Origin: Gemmatimonadota bacterium
GTDB taxonomy: Bacteria; Gemmatimonadota; Gemmatimonadetes; Gemmatimonadales; GWC2-71-9
Direction: 5' to 3'
DNA length: 64,000 nt
Assembly: GCA_040388535.1 (NCBI GenBank)
Contig: JAZKBR010000008.1
Coordinates: forward strand, 94,524-158,523
Both the position numbers and the translations under genes were made by a program. Shown here piece after piece: positions 56,599-64,000 of this stretch. Position 1 is the stretch's first letter. Every line of letters starts with the position of its first letter. The notes beneath the pieces were generated by a model. The model did no database searches and was not told where the DNA came from. It saw nothing but the letters and a program-made list of their open reading frames with translations.

Positions 56599-58506
56599 AT
56601 GCCGAGTCCTGTCGGAGTATGTGTCGGTGTCGGGCCCCGGATCGTGGTGGCCGTGTCCTTGGTGGTCACCCCCCAAATGAGCGGTCAGCGCCCGGATTCA
56701 TTCTTCGTGTTCCCCCAGCGTGATCGCGCCGAAATGATGGCGCCGCGAATCGCGGAGACGTGTCGCGGGTATGCGGGCGGCGACCTGCGACGGCGTCAGG
56801 ATCAGCTGGTCGCACGCCTTCGCACTTCCCCGGCACCTGACATCGCGCTGCTCAGGGAACTGGCGTGTGTGCGCTCACTGCAGATCGGGAAGATGACAGG
56901 CGGTAACGCATCGGGTCTGCCGCTTGGCTCCTCGTGGTACAACGCGACGAGCGCAGCCACCCGTCGAGCACTCGACGCTGCTCCGCTGGATACCGTAAGC
57001 CTCGAACTTCTCGCCGATCTTACCCTTCGGGGGTCGGGGAGGCAGATCACCGCCTCCGTGGAGGGGAAGAATCAGGGACGAGGGCCACTCAAGGAGATTG
57101 AACCCGCCGATGCTGCGGCCGCGCTGTACTTCGCGGTGCGAAGCGGGAACAGCAACCCGGCAGTGATGCGAGCGTGTACCTCGATGCTACTGAGGGTCGG
57201 CGATGTGCCAATGGCGCGCGACTGTTCGTTGCGCGCGCTGGATCGCGGAGCTGACTCAACATGGCATCTGCTCCGTTTGAGTGCAATCGCGCTCTGGTAT
57301 GCGGACACGCTGCTCGGTATCCCGACGTTCCTGTCGGCTGCAGCAGCCGCGAGCTCGCCAGGTGATCGAGCAGAGCTGGGCTGGCACCTCGAGCCATCCT
57401 TCGATGTCAACGAATGCCTGGCTTGCTCGAACAACGGGCTCCTGAATCCCTCGATGCGCTGGTCGCGTTCCTACCGACCGAAATGGCGGCTCAATGAGTC
57501 AGCCCGCCTGCGCTTCAGGTCGCAGCCAGCCTCAGAACTGCCCGGTTGGATTCAGGCGGAAGTGAACCGACTCGGGCCCGATACACTCCCGATGCCGATC
57601 CTGGAGTTCGACAAGGATCCCTCACAACTTTTCAACCGGACGGTTCAAGCAGCAGGACTCTTTGCCAGGAACGTGTTGCTCCACTTTCGATACACGAGCT
57701 ACGCCGGTGGGGCTTTCCGCGGCTGTATCACTCTTGATGTGCCGTATTGGCCCCCGTGCGTCCCGCGAAGGGCGCCGCTTTCGAACACCTACATCGGTGT
57801 CTCCGCCTCGATTGCATCCCTCTGGAATCCTGCGACATCATCGCCGCTTGCCCTTGTTGCGTGGGCCGTTCCCGCACGGGATGTTGCCGTGGACACAACT
57901 GTTACGCTGGAGTTCCGTCGCTGGGGGCTGGTTGGCGGCACCGAATGGGACTCCACTGTCACGATGCAACGCAACGCCAGCTTTGAAAACGACGCGCTAC
58001 TGATGGGCTCGATGGTGATGCCCGCATCGTCGCGCCAAACCGTGAGCGTGATCGTCACTCAGGGACGCACCCGCCGAGGCGGACTCTTCCGCGACGACCT
58101 TACGCCCCTCGGCACAGGTGACCTCGAAGTCTCGGATCCGATTCTAGGCCAGGCTGGCAGTGGTGTCGAGTGGAAGGGTGATTCGTTGCCGGTGATGATC
58201 GCGCCACTCCGCACCTTCAGGAAGAACGAAGCCGCGACGCTCTACTACCAGGTGCGAAGCGCGCGGACCCGGAGCGATGCTGCGGTGACGGCCAGGTTCT
58301 ACTCCGGCGTCGATGCCGACGGGCCGTTTGACAAGCAGCTCATCGCGATCCGCTTCCCGAGCACCCTGAAGGCTGGTGTCAACGGGAACTACCGCGAACT
58401 CAGGATGCCGAATCTGGAGAAGGGTGTATATCCGCTTGAGCTCACGCTCACCGTCGGCGGGCAGCGAGTGGGGGAGGCCAGGTCGGCGTTGTTCGGGATT
58501 CAGTAG
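56599..58506 (+). CDS. Large secreted hypothetical protein (635 aa); C-terminal region resembles the C-terminal part of GWxTD-type proteins
   Basis: GGAGG SD at 56586-56590 before ATG 56599; signal-like N-terminus; helical N-terminal half; LEVSDPILG...F...ATLYYQV...YPLELTL beta-rich end. Confidence 0.6.
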   Translation: MPSPVGVCVGVGPRIVVAVSLVVTPQMSGQRPDSFFVFPQRDRAEMMAPRIAETCRGYAGGDLRRRQDQLVARLRTSPAPDIALLRELACVRSLQIGKMTGGNASGLPLGSSWYNATSAATRRALDAAPLDTVSLELLADLTLRGSGRQITASVEGKNQGRGPLKEIEPADAAAALYFAVRSGNSNPAVMRACTSMLLRVGDVPMARDCSLRALDRGADSTWHLLRLSAIALWYADTLLGIPTFLSAAAAASSPGDRAELGWHLEPSFDVNECLACSNNGLLNPSMRWSRSYRPKWRLNESARLRFRSQPASELPGWIQAEVNRLGPDTLPMPILEFDKDPSQLFNRTVQAAGLFARNVLLHFRYTSYAGGAFRGCITLDVPYWPPCVPRRAPLSNTYIGVSASIASLWNPATSSPLALVAWAVPARDVAVDTTVTLEFRRWGLVGGTEWDSTVTMQRNASFENDALLMGSMVMPASSRQTVSVIVTQGRTRRGGLFRDDLTPLGTGDLEVSDPILGQAGSGVEWKGDSLPVMIAPLRTFRKNEAATLYYQVRSARTRSDAAVTARFYSGVDADGPFDKQLIAIRFPSTLKAGVNGNYRELRMPNLEKGVYPLELTLTVGGQRVGEARSALFGIQ

Positions 58507-58533
58507 CTCGAGGAGAGCCCAGAAGTGCCGCGA

Positions 58534-61170
58534 TCATTCCTCCCGGAGGATCGCGGCGACGCTTGTCCGGTACAGTGGTTTCGCCGCGATCACACCGGCG
58601 ATGAAACATGCCGCCACGCACCCGCCAGTGACGGCGGCGTAGGTCAGCGCATCTGTTGGGGTCACCTCATACAGGTAGTTGCTGAGAAGTCGCGACGTCG
58701 TCGACGCCACCAGCAGCCCGATTCCGGCCCCGATGACTACTGCCAGCATCGCCGGCCCGATTGCCAGTACTACCGCGCGTGATCGGGTTGCGCCGAGCGC
58801 CATCCGCAGGCACAACTCGCGCATTCGTATCGAGACGGTGCGCGCGGCCAATCCCGCAACCCCGACCAGCGTCAGGGCGATCGCCAGCGCACCGAAGAGT
58901 GCTGCCAGCACCGCTCGGTATCGACTCGGTGCCAGCGCCCGCTCCATCAGCGCTGCCGTGGAAGTCACCTGCGAAATGGTCGCGCCGCCGACCGTGCGCC
59001 AGACCGCCCGGCGCGCGGGATCGCCGAGCAACATCGGATCACCCCGGGTGCGCAGGATGAAGGTGAGTGCGCCGGGGGCTTGGCTGGCAGGGAGATAGAA
59101 CTGGGGCTCCGCGGGGAGGTGCAGCGCCTTGCTGCGCACATCGCCGACGACACCGACCACGGTGGCGATCCCGTTCGGATGCTTGAACTGCCGACCGACC
59201 GCGGTGGTCACACCCCAGAAACGGCGGGCCATCGCCTCGCTCACGATGGCGACGAGCGGAGCCCCTGCGGTGTCAGTCGACGAGAACGGGCGACCGGCAA
59301 GCACCGGGATGCCCATCGTCTCGAAATAGTTCGCGAGCACGGCAGCGTTCGAGACGTTTGTTGCCGGAAGGGTGGGGTCCTCAATTGGCAGGGTTCGGAC
59401 GGCCTGTCCATTCGACCTGCCCGACAGCGGCGGAGTGGACATTGCCGTCACTGTGCTCACAGCGGGAACGTCGCCAAGCGCCTCGGTGAGCAGATCGTAC
59501 AATCGTTTCGTGTCGGCTCGCGAGGCTGTTTGCGACCTGGGCAGCGTCACTCCGACGAGCAGCGCATTGCCCGGCACAAAGCCGGGGTCTACCTCCCCCT
59601 CGCGAAGGAAGCTCCGACCGAGAAGTCCAGCACTGATGAGCAGGACGAGCGTCCCCGCAGCCTGAATACCGATCGCGACCGATTGGACCCTCGACCGGCC
59701 TGCCACGACGCGGTTTCCCACGGAAGTCAGTCGCTCGCCGTTGCGGGTGAAATGGAGCGCCGGGGCGACGGCGCTCACGGCGGCCACTAGCGAGGCGATC
59801 GCTGCGGTGAACGCGAGTACCCGGAAATCGACGGCAACCTGGTCGGCGTGCGGCAGTTCGCTTGGCGCCACCGCCAACAAGGTTCTCGTCGCGAACCAGG
59901 CGAAACCCGCACCGATCAGTGCGCCGGCCAGCGCGAGCATGCCGCTCTCGGTCAGCAGGAGGCGGATCATCCGCGCACGCCCAGCCCCCAAAGCGATCCG
60001 CGTCCGCAATTCTGCCTTGCGTCTGGTGCATTCCGCGAGGAAAAGCGCCGCAACATTTCCGCAGGCGATCGCGAGGAAGACGGCCACCGCGCCGAGCAAC
60101 AGCAGCAATGGTTGACGGACGGCCCCGATTTCGGCCTCGACTCGGGGAATCATGCGTGCAGTTCGCTTCGCTGGACTCGCATCCCCACGTATCAACGGCT
60201 CTGCTTCTGCGAACGCCGCGTCAATCGTCACTCCGGGCTGGAGTCGCCCGACGATTTCGAGGGTGTGGTTTCCAGGCTCGAAGCCGCGGCCATCGGCCCC
60301 GATCGGAATCCAGACGTCTGGTTCAACGTCCATCTCCGTGCCGATGATCCGGCCACGGATCCCGAATGAGGGCGGCAGAATACCAATGACGACAAAGGGC
60401 GCCTCGTTCAAGGTGATCGTGGTGCCGATGATCGCGCTCCCGCCAAAGCGACCCATCCACAGGCGGTGGGAAAGCACCGCAAGCCGCGGGGACCCTCGGC
60501 CTTCCTCGCCGGGCAGGAACCACCGTCCCTGGGCAACCGACACTCCAAGGGTCTGCAGAAGATTGGCGGTTCCCTGGGCCCGGCGCAGTTCCACGGTCTC
60601 CTCGGCGAAGGTGGCCGAGACGGTACCGGTGTTGAACCCGGCGACCGACGTGACGGAGTGCGCGGCATCGCGGTAGCGGACGTAGTCAGGATACGGCGTC
60701 CGCAGCACGTTCCAGAGCTCCCCCGTCGTGGGTTGCCCGCGGAAGCCTGGGAACACCGAGTAGATCGTCACCAGCTGTGCGGGGTCCCGGTAGGGCAGTG
60801 GACGGAGCAATACCCCATTCACCACGCTGAACATGGCTGTTGCCGCTCCCACACCAAGCGCGATGGTGCCCACCATTGTCAGGGTGAACAGCGGGGAACG
60901 ACGTAACCCTCGCATTCCCTGACGCAGGTCCTGAAGAACATCATCCACTGTCGGAAAACCCCACACGTCCCGACTCGCTTCGCGGTGCCGACCGATGTTC
61001 CCCACCTGTCGCCGCGCCACCGCGAGAGCCTCGTCTGGCGAAGTCCCTGCATGCTCGAGGTCTCGCGCCAGGAACTCGATGTGCTCCTCGAGTTCCTCTG
61101 CGAGTTCCCGGTCGAGTTGTTCGCGATGCCACCATGCTCGGCATCGGCCGAAGAGCTCCCGGGCATTCAT
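58534..61170 (-). CDS. ADOP-type duplicated ABC permease (2x MacB-PCD/FtsX), no ATPase gene adjacent
   Basis: DRELAEELEEHI prefix, QDLRQGMRGLRRSP, LGVGAATAMFSVVNGVLLRPLPY, IACGNVAALFL, LGAGRARMIR, DPGF, ALGATR; start at MNARELF. Confidence 0.9.
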   Translation of the reverse strand: MNARELFGRCRAWWHREQLDRELAEELEEHIEFLARDLEHAGTSPDEALAVARRQVGNIGRHREASRDVWGFPTVDDVLQDLRQGMRGLRRSPLFTLTMVGTIALGVGAATAMFSVVNGVLLRPLPYRDPAQLVTIYSVFPGFRGQPTTGELWNVLRTPYPDYVRYRDAAHSVTSVAGFNTGTVSATFAEETVELRRAQGTANLLQTLGVSVAQGRWFLPGEEGRGSPRLAVLSHRLWMGRFGGSAIIGTTITLNEAPFVVIGILPPSFGIRGRIIGTEMDVEPDVWIPIGADGRGFEPGNHTLEIVGRLQPGVTIDAAFAEAEPLIRGDASPAKRTARMIPRVEAEIGAVRQPLLLLLGAVAVFLAIACGNVAALFLAECTRRKAELRTRIALGAGRARMIRLLLTESGMLALAGALIGAGFAWFATRTLLAVAPSELPHADQVAVDFRVLAFTAAIASLVAAVSAVAPALHFTRNGERLTSVGNRVVAGRSRVQSVAIGIQAAGTLVLLISAGLLGRSFLREGEVDPGFVPGNALLVGVTLPRSQTASRADTKRLYDLLTEALGDVPAVSTVTAMSTPPLSGRSNGQAVRTLPIEDPTLPATNVSNAAVLANYFETMGIPVLAGRPFSSTDTAGAPLVAIVSEAMARRFWGVTTAVGRQFKHPNGIATVVGVVGDVRSKALHLPAEPQFYLPASQAPGALTFILRTRGDPMLLGDPARRAVWRTVGGATISQVTSTAALMERALAPSRYRAVLAALFGALAIALTLVGVAGLAARTVSIRMRELCLRMALGATRSRAVVLAIGPAMLAVVIGAGIGLLVASTTSRLLSNYLYEVTPTDALTYAAVTGGCVAACFIAGVIAAKPLYRTSVAAILREE

Positions 61171-61505
61171 CCTTCTGCGCCTCGAAGTACCCTCGTCGTG
61201 GCAGCAACAGAGCGCAGAAAAGCAGCCTCCTCCGTCGCGAGCTGCTTGCGTCCCGCCGGGGTCATCCTGTAGTAGCGCGCTTGGCGCCCCGTTGGTGACT
61301 TCTTCGACTCGGAAGCCACCCATCCCTTGATCTCCATCCGCCGGAGCGCAGGATAGAGGGAGCCCTCTTCCACCCGGAGCGCCTCCCGTGATAACCGGTG
61401 GATGTTCTGGGCCAGACCATAGCCGTGCAGGACCCCCATCGTGAGAGTCTTCAGGATCAACAGGTCGAGGGTGCCGGCGAGGAGCGGGGTATCGGCGTCG
61501 CCCAT
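61167..61505 (-). CDS. PadR family transcriptional regulator (ADOP-associated type)
   Basis: LLAGTLDLLIL, LHGYG, VEEGSLYPALRRME, GRQARYY, GRKQL; overlaps the permease start. Confidence 0.92.
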   Translation of the reverse strand: MGDADTPLLAGTLDLLILKTLTMGVLHGYGLAQNIHRLSREALRVEEGSLYPALRRMEIKGWVASESKKSPTGRQARYYRMTPAGRKQLATEEAAFLRSVAATTRVLRGAEG

Positions 61506-61530
61506 ACGGGATATCACTCCATACTGTTCA

Positions 61531-61559
61531 AGTCTATGTATCAGACGCAGGCGGGGCAA
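61531..61559 (-). promoter_or_regulatory. Candidate sigma-70 promoter of padR-ADOP
   Basis: TTGCCC-N17-TAGACT on the minus strand, 25 nt upstream of the padR ATG. Confidence 0.45.
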
Positions 61560-61619
61560 AATTGGTTGCAGCGCAGCTTCGCCCTCTGAGGGCGGGCCTG
61601 GTCCGGTTACTTTCCGCCC

Positions 61620-62510
61620 ATGCTGACCCTCATCCTCGCCCTCGCCTCGGCACCAGCAGCCGATACCATCCCGGCCGCCTACACGCCGCACCGGGTCTAC
61701 TTCGCCGACAAGAAGCGCTTTGCCGACCTGGAGACGCTCGCTGCGGCAGCCTCGAAGGCCGACGTCGTCTTTGTTGGCGAACAGCACGACGACGGCGGCA
61801 CCCACCGGATGGAGCTCGCGCTGCTCGAGGCGATCGGTCGCAGGCGGAGTGATGTGGTGCTCGCGCTCGAGATGTTTGAACGCGATGTGCAGCCGGTGCT
61901 CGACAGTTATCTCGAAGGGAAGATTCCCGAGGATGCATTCCTCAAGGCGAGCCGGCCGTGGCCCAACTACGCGGCTGACTATCGCCCGCTCGTGGAATAC
62001 GCCAAGGCGCGCGGCTGGAAGGTGATCGCCGGTAATGTGCCGCGGAAGATTGCGGCCTCGGTGTTCAACAAGGGGATCGGTTACATCCAGCAGCTCCCCG
62101 ATACCTCGCGCCGCTGGGCCGCTGAAGAGTTCCAGTGCCCCAAGGGGAAGTACGCCGACCGCGTGGCCGCGACGCTCAAGGATCATCCCGGCCCGGCGCC
62201 GACGGCCGATGAGATGGCGAAGATGGGGCAGCTGATCTACGAGGCGCAGTGTGTGAAGGATGAGACGATGGCGGAGTCGATCGCGCGGGCTCGTAACAAC
62301 GGCGCGCCGCTGGTGGTTCACTACAACGGCGCCTTCCATTCCGATTACGGTCAGGGCACGGCAGAACGTGTTCGCCGCCGGCTCCCGAAGGCCAAGGTCC
62401 TCGTTGTCTCGGCGATCCCTGTCCCAGACCTCGACGCCGTCGAAGGAAAGCCCGATCGCAAGCTCGGCGAGTGGCTGATCTACACCCTCCGGCCAGCGGA
62501 CAAGAAGTAG
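61620..62510 (+). CDS. ChaN family (EreA/Tiki superfamily) secreted protein
   Basis: VFVGEQHDD, LALEMF, WPNY..DYRPLV, AGNVPR, QCVKDETMA, NGAFHS. Confidence 0.85.
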   Translation: MLTLILALASAPAADTIPAAYTPHRVYFADKKRFADLETLAAAASKADVVFVGEQHDDGGTHRMELALLEAIGRRRSDVVLALEMFERDVQPVLDSYLEGKIPEDAFLKASRPWPNYAADYRPLVEYAKARGWKVIAGNVPRKIAASVFNKGIGYIQQLPDTSRRWAAEEFQCPKGKYADRVAATLKDHPGPAPTADEMAKMGQLIYEAQCVKDETMAESIARARNNGAPLVVHYNGAFHSDYGQGTAERVRRRLPKAKVLVVSAIPVPDLDAVEGKPDRKLGEWLIYTLRPADKK

Positions 62511-62513
62511 CCG

Positions 62514-63158
62514 CTACCGTCCCAGCACCTCGCCTTCCCAGCCGTCGCCCGACGTTGCCACTACGCGCAGCGCGGGCGACACCTGTTTGAGCGAGGCGAC
62601 GTTGGTTCCCTGGGTGGTGTCATGCGCGTCGCCTGGTATCCGATTCATCACGACGCCGAGGCAATGCACACCCGCCAGTTCGAGCGCGCTCACCGTGAGC
62701 AGGGTGTGGTTGAGGGTGCCGAGCCGATCGGCGGCGACCACGATCACCGGCGCCCGCATCACCCGGGCGACATCCACGAGTGTGCGCTTCCAGGTAATCG
62801 GCGAGAGCAGCCCGCCATTCCCCTCGACGAAGGTGATCGCGGCTTCGCGAGCGATCGCCCGGGTCTCGCTGACCATCACATCGATGTCCACCGGCCGCCC
62901 TTCGCGATCCGCCGCCTCCGCCGGTGCCGCCGGCGCCCGATAGCGACGGAGGGCAGCGGTCGGGGAGGACTGCCCGGCAGCCTGGGCGATCACCACCCCG
63001 TCCTCGCGGTCGGACGGCTCTTCCTGGGTTCCGGTCTCGATCAGCTTGATGGCCCGGACATCGATTCCGCGGGCGCGACAGTAGGCCGCCAGCCGCGAGG
63101 TGACGTAGGTCTTGCCCACAGCCGAATCGGTTCCGGCAATGACAACGATCTTGCCCAT
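62514..63158 (-). CDS. bioD: Dethiobiotin synthase (stand-alone)
   Basis: IAGTDSAVGKT, KLIETG, FVEGNGG, LGTLNHTLL, GVVMN. Confidence 0.88.
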   Translation of the reverse strand: MGKIVVIAGTDSAVGKTYVTSRLAAYCRARGIDVRAIKLIETGTQEEPSDREDGVVIAQAAGQSSPTAALRRYRAPAAPAEAADREGRPVDIDVMVSETRAIAREAAITFVEGNGGLLSPITWKRTLVDVARVMRAPVIVVAADRLGTLNHTLLTVSALELAGVHCLGVVMNRIPGDAHDTTQGTNVASLKQVSPALRVVATSGDGWEGEVLGR

Positions 63159-63160
63159 GC

Positions 63161-63169
63161 TGGTATAAT
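63161..63169 (+). promoter_or_regulatory. Extended -10 promoter of tRNA-Lys
   Basis: TGGTATAAT (TGn-TATAAT) ending 13 nt before the tRNA 5' end. Confidence 0.6.
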
Positions 63170-63182
63170 TCTCCGGCTGCAG

Positions 63183-63255
63183 GGGGGCGTAGCTCAGCTG
63201 GTAGAGCTTCCGGCTTTTAACCGGTAGGTCGTGGGTTCGAGTCCCACCGCCCCCA
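63183..63255 (+). tRNA. tRNA-Lys (anticodon UUU), CCA not encoded
   Basis: Cloverleaf: acceptor GGGGGCG/CGCCCCC, D-arm GCTC/GAGC, anticodon loop CTTTTAA, T-loop GTTCGAG. Confidence 0.97.
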
Positions 63256-63317
63256 TTTTCAGAAGATACCACCCTGCGGAACCCCCTCCCGCCTACCCTC
63301 ACCCGCCGTGGGCCTCC

Positions 63318-64000
63318 TTGCCGACCACCATCTGGATCGACGGGCACTACTACACACGCGAAACGGCCAAGGTCTCGGTCTTCGACCACGGCCTCCTCTA
63401 CGGCGACGGTGTCTTCGAGGGGATCCGGGTCTACGACAGCAGGATCTTCCGCCTCCGCGAGCATCTCGAGCGGCTCTACGATTCGGCCAAGGCGATCGCC
63501 CTCACCATCCCGATGACGCTCGACGAGCTCGCGGCGCAGACCGAGGATGCGGTCGCGAAATCGGGGATGACTGACGCATACCTTCGCCACGTGATTACGC
63601 GCGGTGTCGGTGACCTCGGCCTCGACCCACGCAAGTGCCCGACGGCGTCGGTGATCATCATCGTCGACACCATCAAGATGTTCCCGGCCGACAAACTCGC
63701 CGCAGGGATTGTCGTGGTAACAGCATCCACACCGATCCCGCATCGCGAGGCATTGTCGCCGCGAGTGAAGTCGCTCAATTATCTCGCGCACATCATGGCG
63801 AAGCTCGAGGGGATCAACGCCGGCGCCGACGAAGTGATCATGCTTTCGTCCGAAGGCGAAGTCGCGGAAGGTTCGGGCCAGAACATCTTCATCGTCAAGA
63901 AGGGTGTGCTCAAGACGCCGCCACCAACCGCTGGAATTCTCAAGGGCGTCACTCGCGATGCCGTGCTGGAACTCGCGGTGGAGCTGGGCATTCCGGCGCA
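63318..64000 (+). CDS. ilvE: Branched-chain amino acid aminotransferase, 3'-truncated (TTG start; manually translated)
   Basis: IWIDG, FDHGLLYGDGVFEGIR, VKSLNYL, EGSGQNIF, ILKGVTR. Confidence 0.92.
   Translation, partial: MPTTIWIDGHYYTRETAKVSVFDHGLLYGDGVFEGIRVYDSRIFRLREHLERLYDSAKAIALTIPMTLDELAAQTEDAVAKSGMTDAYLRHVITRGVGDLGLDPRKCPTASVIIIVDTIKMFPADKLAAGIVVVTASTPIPHREALSPRVKSLNYLAHIMAKLEGINAGADEVIMLSSEGEVAEGSGQNIFIVKKGVLKTPPPTAGILKGVTRDAVLELAVELGIPA

Noticed and set aside
63183-63255. tRNA-Lys as an integration site for a prophage or island
   Set aside because: No integrase, no duplicated tRNA 3' fragment seen, and the core gene ilvE follows directly
63308-63574. ORF-track 88-aa ORF after the tRNA
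   Set aside because: Wrong frame; the ilvE frame starting at TTG 63318 carries all aminotransferase class IV motifs

Overview
High-GC bacterial chromosome segment, most likely Gemmatimonadota (inferred from gene content: PEP-CTERM protein, ADOP-type permease with PadR regulators, many secreted hypothetical proteins). It is mostly core housekeeping sequence. Main loci: dnaK-degP; a complete phosphate regulon (phoB-phoR-porin-pstS-[M28 peptidase]-pstC-pstA-pstB-pstB-phoU-ppx); nucleoside salvage and catabolism genes (add-nupC-punA; deoC plus a two-domain ALDH); ffh-rpsP-rimM-trmD-rplS; rnhB, thiD, pilD, bioD, tRNA-Lys(UUU) and a partial ilvE. I found no CRISPR array, integrase or transposase. 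The most unusual signals are: (1) a dispersed family of different 7-bp tandem repeats, two of them arranged as inverted arrays and one lying inside a coding linker; (2) a roughly 230-bp REP-like, long-hairpin element after rplS; (3) a four-domain multicopper oxidase with permuted copper-motif order, coupled to a His-rich TPR protein and an acyltransferase; (4) a bacterial lipoprotein resembling plant PHI-1/EXORDIUM proteins; (5) a PadR + 'permease-prefix' single-pass protein + gluzincin module; (6) a candidate lineage PHO box found twice; (7) recurrent signatures of leaderless promoters. All product calls come from motif recognition by eye; no database searches were run.
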